A stretch of 64,000 nt of DNA from the human T2T-CHM13v2.0 reference genome, Homo sapiens, in assembly GCF_009914755.1 (NCBI RefSeq), contig NC_060941.1; one strand, given 5' to 3'. Below the pieces are notes generated by a model. The model was not told the origin of the DNA and did no database searches. It was given only the letters and a program-made list of their open reading frames with translations. The position numbers and the translations under genes are program-made. This document shows, piece by piece, positions 25,771 to 38,673 of this stretch (position 1 is its first letter; every line of letters starts with the position of its first letter).

Positions 25771-27389
25771 TTGAGTAGATTCCTGAACTAACAGGAAAGC
25801 GTCCACCTGCATATAATATCCATTCCACCCAAGTCAAGGAAGAGACAGTTTACTTTGAATATGCACAAAAGCCCCAATTAGACTTAAAAGTAACTTGTGA
25901 GTAGGAATTTGCAAACTCTTCAGACTGCAATCCAGTTGGATATGGCAAATGACCCCAACTCTTCTACTCATTCCAACTTTCCAGAGAAGGAAAAACCCAA
26001 CTTGGTAAACAAAAAAATAAATAAATAAAAATAAAATGAACAAAATAAGGAATATGGAACTAAATTGCTGGTAAGATTTAATAGCTCACTGGTTCAGTTA
26101 CTGGTCATGGCAATTAGTATATAAAAGTAGGTGTCTAAGAAATTGAGATCATTAGCCTGTAAGACCAAAGGCTTGCATTTTGTGACACACCAGCTCTTCT
26201 CAGGCCACTGGCATCATGAGGACCTCACTTCTTCATTGAGAGAACATCTGGTCCATATTGCCACCCAAAGCAGGAGCCCCTGTTTTGTCCATTTGGCCTC
26301 TTCTTAGATGTGGTTGATGATGGAGAGCTCACCACCCCATTAGAAAGCTGTTGGATGACTTGAATCATTAGACAACTTTACATGGTGCTTGTCATCCTTC
26401 CCCCAGACCTTCAGGATCCCCTTTTATTTTCATATGCTTCCAAAAGTCAGCACCTGCATTTTCTGGTCTGCCTCTGGGCTGCCAGAACCTAATTTGTTCA
26501 CCAATATACATGCACCAGCCTATAAATACCCTGATCCTTACCCTCAGGTGGGATAATTCTGGGGGATTGCGTTTTACACCACCAATGAGTCTCCCTGAGC
26601 CAATAAGCTTCAGTTTCCCCCAGTGGTAGCTGGCTTAATATCTAACTCCTTCTTACTGCCTTCCCTCCTCTGTGTCAGTGCCCCACCCTACTTCTACTAT
26701 CCCCACATCTACCAATTGACCTACTTGCACTCAATCCTTGTTTCTGACCTGCTCCTAGGGTGGGGACGTATAGGCAGATCCAACTAAAACAATGCCCAAA
26801 TCTTATCTGTGACTTACACCAACTGGCTCTGGTTCTTCTGGGCTCTCCCGCTAGAACAAGGTGTATCAAGTCTTTGTGTGGCTTAGGTGGCTTAAGTCAG
26901 CTCTCAGGTTTTCCTTTTCCCTAAGGTGAACATCTCCATTTCCTTGATTCATTGCTCCCACCCTAGGAAGCTTTGACCCAGTCTTGGAATGTTACTAAAG
27001 TTTCCAAGGAAGAAAAGACCAAAAGCATTATTTAACCACGATGATTCTTTTGTCCTGGTTTGCCCATGTTTAAGGTAAGAATAACAGCCCCAGTTCTGGC
27101 AGAAAGCTGTAACGTTGACAAAATGGCAGTGCTGTGGTGATGCATTCAAAGAGAAAATTACTTCTAAGATGCAATGCTCTATGTTTCAAGATGAAGAACC
27201 AGGGTGCTCAAAATGTTAGACAAATGTCAAAGTTTATATGACAAATGAATAAATAGAGATTGAAATCTGTGTCAGGCAAGAACTGTCCCCACATTAGTGA
27301 TTCTATGTGCCTATTCCCAAAGTGATCCATGGGTCAAACCAAAAAGAGGGGATTTGAGTCCATCAGAATCATTCAAAGGGTGGAGGGAA

Positions 27390-27550
27390 GAGCATGGGAT
27401 TTGAAGCCAAGACAAGCTGCATTCAGGTCTCAGCTCTGTCACTGTTATGTGTGACCTTAGACAGATCTCCTAAGCCTCCACCAATAAATTTGTAGCAGGC
27501 CCTTGACAAGAATGTGATGTAATAAATTAAAAACAATTAGCAATGGTGAA
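27390..27550 (+). mobile_element. MIR
   Basis: 'ctcagctctgtcactgttatgtgtgaccttagacaga'. Confidence 0.6.
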
Positions 27551-27822
27551 GCAGACAGTAAATGATAGCCAGTGGAGCTGCAGTTGCAGAAATATTATTC
27601 TGTGAAGGTGCAGTGAATTCCAGTCTTCTAAGCTGTGCTCTAAGCTTCAGCACAGGTGTCTGAATAAAAGCTGCACTTGGCCTCTCACTGAGAGCTCCTG
27701 AGAAGTATCTGGTGAGTATCACTGTGGTAGACATTGAAGGGGCTACCAAAATCACCAGAACCCCAGGCTAGGAGAGGGGATAAAACATGTGTGTTATAAC
27801 CACATTAACAGGAGAGAAAATG

Positions 27823-28095
27823 GAGGAGAGAAAGAAAAGAAACAAAAGAAAGAAGAAAGAAAGACAGAAAGAGAGAAAGAAAGAAAGAAAAAGAAAGAGA
27901 AAGAAAAAAGAGAAAGAAAAAAAGAAGGAAGGAAAAAAGAAAAGGAAAGAAAAGATAAAAGAGAAAGAAAGAAAAGAAAAAAGAAAGAAAAAAGAGAAAG
28001 AAAGAAAAGAAAAAAGAGAAAGAAAAGAAAGAAAGAAAGAAAAAAGAAAGAAAGAAAAATAAAGAAAGAGAGAGAGAAAGAAAGAAAAAAAAGAA
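27823..28095 (+). repeat. Polypurine (GAAA/GAAAA)n tract
   Basis: 273 nt with only 4 pyrimidines (27843, 27865, 27956, 28060). Confidence 0.95.
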
Positions 28096-28304
28096 CAGAG
28101 GGAGAGTCAGGTAAGAGCCTTGGGAGCCCAGAGGCAGAAAGGAGAGCCAGGGTTATTCAAAGTCATAGCCAAGTACAATATATGCCTTGAAGAATGAACT
28201 AGAATAAGTAGAGACAGGAGAGCAAAGTAGGTTTATGGCAGATGAAGCACTGCCACTCAAGGGCCCAAATATTATGATATATAGTTTGGGTACAGCAAGG
28301 GCTA

Positions 28305-28677
28305 TGTATTAGTGCATTCTCACACTGCTATAAAGGACTGCCAGAAACTGGGTAATCTATAAAGGAAAGAGGTTCAATTGACTCACAATTTCACATGGCT
28401 GGGAGGCCTCGGGAAACTTACAATCATGGCAGATGGGGAAGCAAACATGTTCTTCTTCATATGGCAGCAGGAAGAAAAAGTGCTGAGCAAAAAGGGGAAA
28501 AGCCTCTTATAAAACTGTCAGATCTCGTGAGAGCTCACTATCATGAGAACAGCAGCATGGGGGTAACCAGTCCCATGATTCAATTACCTCCCACCGGATC
28601 CCTACCATGACACTTGGGGATTATGCGAGCTACAATTCAAGATGAGATTTGGGTGCGGACACAGCCAAACCACATCA
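28305..28677 (-). mobile_element. THE1 (C/D-like) solo LTR
   Basis: 'tgtattagtgcattctcacactgct...tacaattcaagatgagatttgggt..gacacagccaaaccacatca'; flanking GCTA repeat. Confidence 0.93.
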
Positions 28678-30269
28678 GCTAGTAGCAAGGAACATAGACA
28701 TCAGATGGGAAAGGTTGGCTGGAAACAGACCTTCTCCTCCTCCTTCAGGGCTGGATGAGGATGAGATACTACACACAGTGCGTTCCAAGAACACCTTTAA
28801 ATTAACTCACCAGTTCTCCCTCAGAGATTCAGCTGCATATGCCTTAGCCACTACTATGGGTTGTGGGGTATGGTTCTGGGACCAGATGGGCTTGGCTATA
28901 TAGGAAAATGAATCTAGGACTCTGCTAGAGTCTCTAAAAATATAGCTGCTATTGTCCCTTCAACAGGGTTATAGTAAGGGGCAAGGAAATTCACATTCTG
29001 CTGTTTGAATTTAGATCCCTTCAACACCTTAAGAGACTCTCTCGGCTATTACCTCCTCCAGTATACCTAGCCAGCCCTGTGTGCAGACTGCCAGGGAAGG
29101 TGCTTGCTCAGGTAGACCCAGAAAGCCTTGGGAGTGCACGGAGCTGTCGAAGGGGCTTCTAGGCAGGTCAAGGGCATCAGGGAGAGGCACAGAGAGTGAC
29201 TGCCCAGGGTCTTCAGACCCTTAAGTTGCTTTTATTTTTTTCACTATGTTTTCTGGTACCCCTTGTTATGCCAAGATGCACCAGTAGGTTGGAAAGCATG
29301 TCTTCCTGGAATCAGTATATTTGGTTTGATTTTTAGTTCCTCTTCTGAATTGCTGCATGTCACTGACTATCTCTGGGCACTTTGTTCCTCATCTGTGATG
29401 TGAGAATTTCAATACCCATTATGCCTGCTACACAGGACTGATAGGAAGATCTAACTGGATGAAAGAGGCAAAGGCTATGTGGACACTAAAATGCTTTACT
29501 TTTTACATGCGTGAGCCTGCTCTTTGGGCCTCTTCCCTGCTGGACTGCAGAAGTCAATGGAGGCAGATTCAAAACTCAACACCCTGGAGATTCCAAGGGG
29601 GCATAAAGATAAAACAGTAGTGATGCTGGGGTGATGAAGAGTCTCCTGGACCCTGGGCAGGCACCAAGCATTATCTCCAGGCATGCTGGTAGTCAGAGTT
29701 ATCCATCTCAGCTTCTAAAATGTTTGTGTTTGCCACTGATAATGCTGACAGTGACAGACAATGCAGTTTTCTCCTGCTCTACTCAGACATAATCACCATG
29801 AGCCCAGCCCCAGCACCAGCCTACCCATGCTCAGGCAGGCTATGGCATTGATTCTTGCTGACATTCAGATAGCCCCTGAGGCCACCATGCCTAGATGCCC
29901 TGCCAGAGTTTGGAACAGAGGATGTCTGCGGCAGATCCTGATGGACAGAATTAGGCTAAGTGAGAATTCTTAGCTTAGTGGCCTAGCAGTGGGGAGCTCA
30001 TGGAATGAGTTCTGTTATTCCTACCATGAGGAAAGGCCAGTGGTCAAAGGTCTAGGCCTGGCCGGACACTGAGGCCATTCAGGTGCCAGATGATCACCAG
30101 AAACTTTAGGAGAAATGGGGCCTGCATATAGTCCTTGCTTGAGCATGGCCAGAGAAGATGTGAAGGCCAGTTTCTGGCCAGGTTGTTCCAGTTGCTCATA
30201 TCGATCTGGATATGAGAAAGCAAGAATGGAACATGACCCATCTACTGTACTTGCATAGACTGATTGCTG

Positions 30270-30650
30270 CCCACGCCCCATTTGTTTCCAGTGCTCCAGC
30301 CACAAGGGCACTCTTGCAGCCCCCTACTGTGCTGTGGTCATTAAGCCTCTCTAACCACAAGCTATTCCCACTACCTACAATGCCACCTCCCTCTCATTTT
30401 TTTTCTAAAGCTGGCTGGCTGACTTCTACTTATCCTTAAGTTGAAGCACATTTTTTTGATCCCCACTCCCCAACTGGAAAAGCACTGTGTTCGCTCTTGC
30501 TGGCCTTATAGTGTATTAGAATTGGCTTGTGGACATTTTGTGCTCCTCTAGAGAGGAGTGACAGAGTCATACTTAACTTAGTGTCTTCTATAATGTGGAT
30601 GCACAGAGTAAATCTCAATAAAGATCTGATGGGCAGGTAGACAAATGGAT
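30270..30650 (+). mobile_element. L2 3' fragment
   Basis: 'gctccagccaca...', terminal 'gcacagagtaaatctcaataaa'. Confidence 0.6.
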
Positions 30651-31483
30651 GGATAAATTTACGGAACAATGCAGGAAAAAACTCCAGCATAATGACATCA
30701 CATGGAACACTCCTTGGAGATTTGCAGCTGGGAAATGGGTGGCGTGGCCCAGAACATAGCTCTCCCCAGGCATAATGGGTTCTGATGTTCATTGGTCACA
30801 ACTGAAGACACTGGAAACTGCTTTTGACCAGATGGTGATGTAAATCACCCTGTCTACCACTGCCTCACGTCCCTGGCACACGCACCGTTCCTGGGTGCAG
30901 GGTGGCATGATCCATGCTGAATCCTGCTGGCTCTCTGGGCCTGGCCGAGATAAACATTTGGTACTGATGCTGATTCCCCAGCAGCCTTCTGATGAAAATG
31001 AGATTCTACGTATTTTTCCAGATCCTGTTGGTAAGTCCTAGTAACTTGCCTATCTCCTGTCACTGGCGTGTGCTTTCCAGCCCTTGCCTCCTCTACCCTT
31101 TATCTTCCTAATGGGTTCAGTCACAAACCTCTCCCTGCTCTTGCAAATAATCCTGGACTTAGGAATTCCATGCTGGCATGAGGGGCTCTGTTGGTCTACT
31201 TCTCAGCAAAACAAGCAACACTGGTGAAACTACTTTTAAAAAAATCCAAATTATTTAAAGTCTCTGGAAATTGTTCTAAAGGCATACAGCAAAGATAGAA
31301 ACATTCATAAAAATCTACTATAATGTGGTGAGAACAATGAGGGACTGTGGCACTTGAGCCACAACTTGCTCCCTATCTTCCACCCACTACCCAGTTCAGC
31401 TTGATGGAATCTCCATCATGTGTGGGTGTGGCTAAGAAGACAGGGCTTCCTCTCCTCTCAGTTCCCAAGCTAGGGTTACCACA

Positions 31484-31925
31484 TGTGATAGTTAATTTTA
31501 TGTGTCAACTTGGATGGGCCATTGGCCCAGGTATGTGTTAAAGCATTATTCTGGATGTTTCTATGAGGATATTTTTGGATATTAACATTTAAATTGGTAG
31601 AGTTTGGGTAAAACAGATTTCCCTCCATAATACAGGTGAGCCTCCTCTGACCAGTTATGGCCTAAATAGGACACATGATTGATCTCCTGATTTTCCCTAA
31701 GCCAGAGAGAATTCTGCAACAGACAGCATTTGGATTTCAATCACAACACGAGCTCTTTCCTGGGATTCAGCCTGATGGCCTTTGGACTTGAACTATAGCA
31801 TCAGTTCTCTTCTGCATCTCCAGACTGCTGGCCCACCCTGCAGATTTTGGAATTGCCAGCCTCCATACTCACGTAATCCAATTATTTAAAATTAATCTCT
31901 CTCTCTCCCTTCCCCCTGTCTCTGC
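31484..31925 (+). mobile_element. MLT2 (ERVL) LTR
   Basis: 'tgtgatagttaattttatgtgtcaacttgg...ccctgcagattttggaattgccagcctcca'. Confidence 0.88.
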
Positions 31926-34259
31926 CTATAGAACAGTCTTTGCCCCAAGTACAACAGGCTGTGAATACTGGAGCCCTAAATTACTCTGACTCCAGATCTT
32001 TCGTAGGACATGCTGGAAGAAACAAGCTAATCAGAGGCTAGCACTCTGCCCAGTGCCCAGAGTAATGGCTCAGAGATTTTGCCTAGCCAGTCTCTAAGGA
32101 GAGAGACTGCCAAAGCTCCCCTTAAAGGAACTGACTTTGTTTGAAACAGAACATGGGGAAGTTCAAGCCTAAGGGTGTATTCAGAAAAAATAACTCCTCT
32201 TATTAAGAGCAATGAGTCCAGTTAGTTCACTAGAAAGAACCAGAGAAACAGACTGCTAAGAAACACCCTGCTAGGGTCAGAGCAAACCTCAAAGACTGGT
32301 CTCAAAAACTACCCCTTTTCCAATTTAAATGGACCAAACTGCTGAGCAATTTATGTCTTAAGGTGTTGTTGAAAACAGCAAAGCAAGCATCTAGTAATTA
32401 GTGGAAGTTAAAGACTGGGTGTAATACCAAATCAGGAAGATAGTTTAACAGACAGATTAGTAAACAAGCATCCAAAGAGAGCTCTGCTAAAACTACTGCT
32501 ATCCTAGGTGAGCACTGAGGAGCAAGCAACACCAAAGGCTTAACACTGCATGGGGAATAGACTTAGCTAAAATATCCCAGCCAAGTCACAAAACAAATAA
32601 ATAATAAAACAAGAAACACAAGAGCTGGAGTTGTGGGAGGGAAATCAGTATCCAGAATTGCTATAATGTATTACCTAAAGCATCCATTTTTCAACACAAA
32701 ATTATGATATATAAAGAAACAAAAATGTGTGACCCATATACAAGAAAAAAAGCAGGCAACAAAACTGCCTGTGAAGGGAACCAGATGTCAGATTTGACAA
32801 AGACATCAAAGTAGACATTATACATACGTTCAAATAACCAGAGGAAAGCGTGCTTAAATAAGTAAAGAAATAGCTCATCAAATGGAATATATCCAAAAAC
32901 TGGCAGAAATTATAAAAAAAGAAACAAGTGGAAATTCTGGAGTTGAAAACCAAATCAACGAACATGAAAAATTATTAGCAAGGCTCAGCAGTAGATTTGA
33001 ATGGGCAGAAAAAAGAATCAGTAAATTTGAGGATAGATCAACAGAGATTATTCAATCCAAAGAACAGAGAGAAAATAAAATAAAGAAAAATTAGCAGAGC
33101 CTCAGAGAAATGTGCGATACATTTAAGTGTACCAAAATAAATTTCACAAAAATCTACTAAAATATGGTAATAACATGAGGGCCTTTGGCACTTGAGCCAC
33201 AACTTGCTCCCTATCTTTCCCCTCCCACCCCCAGTTCCGCCTGATGAAAGGGCCAGCAGGCTGAAGACCCAGAGGAGAGCTGATACTACAGTTCAAGTCC
33301 AAAGGTCACCAGGCTGAAGACCCAGGAAACAGCTGATGTGGTTTAAGTCCAAATGCCGTGTGCTGCAGAATTCTCTCTGGGTTGGGGGAGGTCAAAATGT
33401 AAAAAGAGATAGGAGCAGAAAAATATCACAAGAAATAATGGCTGAAAAACCCCAAATTTACTGAAAAAAAAAATCAATTTACATATCCAAGAATCTCTAC
33501 AAACTCCAAGTAGGATAAATGCAAAGAGCTCCACACCCAGATACAGTAAAAATGCTGAAAGCCAAAGTCAAAAAAAAAAAAAAATCTTAAAAGCAGAAAG
33601 AGAAAAATGACTCATCACATAAAAGGGAAACCCAATAAGATTAACCATTGAATTCTTACCAGAAACAATGTAAGTCAGAAAGCAGTGGGATGACATACTC
33701 AAAGTGCAGAAAAAAGAAAAAAAAAATCTTTTAACTGAGAATCTAATGCCCAGAAAAACTATCTTTCAAAAATGAAGGTAAAATAAAGGCATTTTCTGAT
33801 AAATAAAAATTGAGAGAATTCATTGCTGAACTTACCTTATGGAAAATACTAAAGGAAGTGCTTCATGTTGAAAGTAAATAAGCCTAGATGGAAATTTGAA
33901 TCCACATGATAAAAACAAAGAGCACAAGCAAAGGTAACTATATAATTATAAAATAAAGTATAAATGCACGTTTCTTCTTTCTTCTCTTAACTGATTTAAA
34001 AACAAATTGTATAAAACAATATGTATATAATTGCATTGTTGCACCTGTAATACACAGAAATATAATATATTTAACAATAACCACACAGAAAAGGTAGACA
34101 GGAGCAAAATCATATTGGAGTAAAGAAATGATAACAGATGGTAATTTGAATTCACAGAAACAAGTGGAAATTCTGGAGTTGAAAACCAAATCAATGAAAA
34201 TGAAAAAGAGAATATGAAGACAAACAAATGATAAATTAAAGGTAAATATAACAAATTCT

Positions 34260-34595
34260 ATAAATGTATACATGTCTTCCTTTCTTTTCTTAGCTTTAAA
34301 TACATATACACATATATGTATATACATACGTGTACATGTATATACATATACACGTATGTATATACATGTACACACATATACATATATGTATATATACATA
34401 CATGTATCTACCTATATATGTAGATATACATGTATATCTACATATATAGGTAGATACATATATGTATATCTGTAGATACGTATATGAATATGTATATATG
34501 TGTGTATATGTGTATATGTATGTATATCTACATATATGTATATATACATATATGTGTGTGTATATATGTGTATATATAGTTTTTATACTCATATA
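34260..34595. repeat. TA/TACA-rich low-complexity tract containing a perfect 58-bp palindrome (34402-34459)
   Basis: atgtatctacctatatatgtagatataca|tgtatatctacatatataggtagatacat is its own reverse complement. Confidence 0.95.
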
Positions 34596-35268
34596 CCTAA
34601 TGACAGAGACCTACAATTTATGAAGCAAAATCTGACCACATTGAAGGGAGAAATAGACAGCTGAACAATAATGGTTAGAGGCTTTAATACCACACTTTTA
34701 ATAATGGATAGAACTCAAGGGAAGATTAACAAAGAAATAAAAGACTTGAACAACACTATACATAAATCAGTCCTAATAGATCTCTACCGAGTACTCAATT
34801 ACAGCAGAATATACATTTTTCTCAACGTTTTCTCATGGAACATTCTCCATGACAGACCATATATTAGGCCTTGAGACAACACAAAATATATTCACTGATT
34901 ACAATGGGATGAAATTAGAAATTAATAACAGAAAGAAATTTGGCAATTTCACAAATATGTAGAAAGTAAGCAATACTCTACTGAAAAATGAATGAATGAG
35001 AAAATAAATCACAAGGGGAATTAGAAGAAGACTTTGAGATGAATAAATAAAGACACAAGATACAGACTTGACAACGATGTTCTCCTCTGTGAAACGGGTA
35101 ACATAATCCCTGTTCAGCCTGTCTTATAGGGTCCTTCTGTAGGTCACATGAATCTATGATTGTGAATGTACTTTGTAGATTGTCTTACAGGTATAAAGTT
35201 CTACTATGATGAACTCTCTGCTCTCCTGCAGGGCACGTGACACAAAACCTTGCTCCCATCCAGCCGTC

Positions 35269-35639
<371 letters not shown>

Positions 35640-36009
35640 TGAAGATCATGCTACTCTTGCTTCCCACTGCTGCTGTCAGGTCATGCCACCTCTCCCTCAG
35701 ATTCTCCCCAACTTCCATTTTTCTCCCTATGGACTCCACAGAATGTGAGATTTGCAAGTCCAGAGAGGGAGTGACTTCTCCAAGGCTACAGGCCAAGACA
35801 GAGGCAAAGCCTGGACTAAACCTCCCTCCCCTTCTTCCCCAGGTCTGCAGGGTCCTCAGGACACTCCCCTGTGGTCTCTGATGCCTGCCTCTGACAGGCG
35901 GGCCTCACCTCAACTCCATCCCCTGACATCATCCCCGCATCTTCAAGTCACTTTGGTTTTAGTGAAAGAAGCCAGTGCTAATTCAGTGTGTAACATGAGC
36001 TAGACATTC

Positions 36010-36200
36010 TGCATTCTCAGGTGGCCCTCAACAACCTCAAGCGGAAGGTACCAGTATCATTTCCATTTCAGAGATGAGGAAGTCAAGGCTTGCGAAGGTT
36101 AAGCGACTTGCTAGAGAGCGCACGCCTTGAATGTAACAGAGTTGAGCTTTGAGCCCACTCAATCTAACTGCAAAGCCCACCCTTCTGCCGGCCACACTCT
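36010..36200 (-). mobile_element. MIR
   Basis: 'ccatttcagagatgaggaagtcaaggctt..gaaggttaagcgacttgc'. Confidence 0.75.
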
Positions 36201-38539
36201 CTGGGCAGTTCCTCTCATCTCTTGCCCTCCTAGCCACCTGCCTCCTTAAGCACCCGCCTCCTGGTGCCTGCTTCCCTGATTCCTTGCAGCTTTCCCTGAG
36301 CACTCTTGGGCTTCTCCCATGCAAACTGCCACCTCCCAGGTCTGGAGATGTGGAATCTTGAACCCCAAACTCTGGTCCTTTCACCTCTTCCATCCTTCAG
36401 TGCAGGGGCTTGGCCTGCATCCAGAGCAGTTTATGGAAACTCCTTTGGCCTCAGATTTAGCCTCTGCAAGAGGAGACACAGTACAGTCCTTCCTCACAGG
36501 GCATTCGGGAGAAAGAAGTCCTGAGAAATAATGGTGCATTATTTAAAAGCAGGGCTTCCTGATAGGAAAGAAAAAACAGAAACCCAGACCCCAATTCACT
36601 AACTCATCATGGGTAGGGTGGAAGTGGCAGGATACTGCCCCTCCTGGTCTCTGCCTCCCTGTCTACAAAATGAGATGGCACGGTGGTGGCCTGGGGATTC
36701 CTTCCACCTCCCACCTTCTGGGCCACATGAGAATAGAAGCTGCCCTCATGATCTCTGAGCTGCCTTACGGCTCTAGAACTCCAGGATGATAAATATATAA
36801 GGCTTCATAATGTCCTTTCTTCCTTCGTGTGCCTCTTAAGTGATTAGTGTAATACTCTGTACACAATAGACTTTTAATTATTATCTGTGGAACGCATGCA
36901 TGCGAGAGCCACGCAGGAGCTCAAATGGGAAGGAACTGAAGTCCCATGGGACAACAGTCCACGGAAACATCTCCCCAGCCTTCTTTTCAAGGGGAACACA
37001 GGACACGTGTCTGCAGCATGGCCCTGGGCTCAGGGGGCCCTCGGCACAGCCTAAGAACACTTGGCTGCCCCTCCAGAGGTGAGAGGAGAGCAAGCTGGCT
37101 CCTGCTCTCCTTTCTTCCTTTCCCTCCTGGGCAGGGGAGCAGGAAGGTGAAGCAGCACCACCTAGGAGAGAACCGGGTTGGGGTGCAAGAGCACAGCTTC
37201 CTCTGGAGCTCTGGCAGGAAGGGTGGTGTGTGATTCTCCCTCCTGGAGGCCTTTCTGTCATGCATGCTTCAGGACCCTTTCCCTCCCTTTCCCCCTACCC
37301 CAGGGAAACAAGACCCCTCTCCTTCTCCAGCTGCTCCCCCAACCCCAAGACCCCATCTTTGCTTGGTAGGACTCACTTCCTCTACTGGGAGGAGAGCGGC
37401 GAGGCGTTCTCTCTGTGGAGCACAGGAGTGCTGTCTAAGAGTGCAGGTGGGGGCTCCTCGGACCGTGTGGGAGGGGCGCTTTCACCAGTCCAGCCCCTGT
37501 TCCTCTCCTCTACTCCTGTGGGCCTGGGGGTCTCTCACATGGATCTCACTATTGAAGGGGAACTTCTTAGTGGTCCCAACCTTAGCACCAGTTTCATGCA
37601 CAGATCCTGAGCTGGCTGTCCCCATCTGGACCGCCCTCTCCATGGCTCCCTCCCACACCTCAGAGCTGTCACTTGGTGGGCTTGTCATGCCCACCAGACT
37701 GTTACTTATGGGAGGAGAGGACGACTGCCTCTCTTACAGCTTGCCCCGGCCTGACACAGCCTCCAGTCAACACCCACTTCACCGTCAGCCCTGCCTGCTC
37801 TCCAATTTGGTCTCTGTCATGCTCAGGCCTGTTCTATTTCTAAGTCCGTCCAAAGCCAGTGTGGATTGGAGAAAGAGGGTTATTGGCAGGTACAGGATTG
37901 GGGGGCCCAGCTTTGTGTGCCTTGAAATGTCCCATGCTGCCAACTCCAAGGCTGTGCTGCCAGTGAGCCTCAGGAGTGCCCGAGTCTCCCCCCATGCCAT
38001 CTTCTGCCAGGCGGGACCTCAGTTAGGGACCAGCTGTGGGGACCAGCCTCCCTCTTTGATCTAAATATCCACTTTCCAGTTTTTCATGCAGTTCCTCACT
38101 TCCTTCCTCTACTCCTGTCCATTGCATATCTATTCTGTGCCAGCCACTCCGCTAGGTGTAGGGAATGTTGTTGTGATGTGTGGGTGTGCAGGGTCCCTGA
38201 GGGAGAAACTGAGGTTCAAGGAGGTCAGGTGAGGGGTGAGCAGATGTGGTGGAGTCAGAAGACCCAGAGAGCCCTTGTCCCACTCTGCAGAAGACTATCC
38301 AGGACCCTGGGCAACCCCTTCCTCTTTCCTGGACTTTGGTTCCTCATCCTTAAATGAACAGATTGCAAGGAACTGAGGGGGAAACGGTGGTTCCTGAGGT
38401 TTGGGAGACTGATGAAGACTGGATGCTCTTCTCAGATGAGCTCATGTGCACGATATTGTGCAAAATAAATTCAGTGCACTCAGGAGGCCCTGGAGCCTGG
38501 GGTGAGATGCTCGCTAGGAACCTTTACATTCCAGAAATA

Positions 38540-38673
38540 ACTTAGTGCCTAGGGCCCAGTGGTTAATAACTCCAAGATGACTTAGTGCCGAGGGCCCTAC
38601 ATTTAATAACAGGACTTAGTGCCCAAGACCCTACAGTTAATAACTCCGAACAGTGCCCATGACCTGCACCCTA
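38540..38673. repeat. Degenerate tandem repeat, 34-40-bp unit, ~3.5 copies
   Basis: 'acttagtgcc...ttaataac' at 38540, 38580, 38614; partial at 38650. Confidence 0.88.

Larger units (their letters stand above)
31180..35065 (+). mobile_element. Old L1M 5'UTR-ORF1-start of ORF2, 3'-truncated, with MLT2 and templated inserts
   Basis: ORF1-like 'LSSRFEWAEKRISKFEDRSTEIIQSKEQRE' (32882-33094); endonuclease-like 'GFNTTLLIMDR..KINKEIKDLNNTI....LIDLYR' (34671-34874). Confidence 0.85.

Noticed and set aside
27787-28190. Lys/Arg/Glu-rich ORFs
   Set aside because: Translation of the (GAAA)n tract
32882-34874. Intact or active L1 ORFs
   Set aside because: Fragmented by stops, frameshifts and insertions; element is 3'-truncated
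37264-38064. 266-aa ORF as a protein-coding gene
   Set aside because: No recognisable domain, composition typical of GC-rich non-coding frames, several overlapping ORFs on both strands, and no supporting gene structure
38540-38673. CRISPR-like repeat/spacer array
   Set aside because: Primate DNA, linkers are homologous to each other, only 3.5 units, and no cas genes
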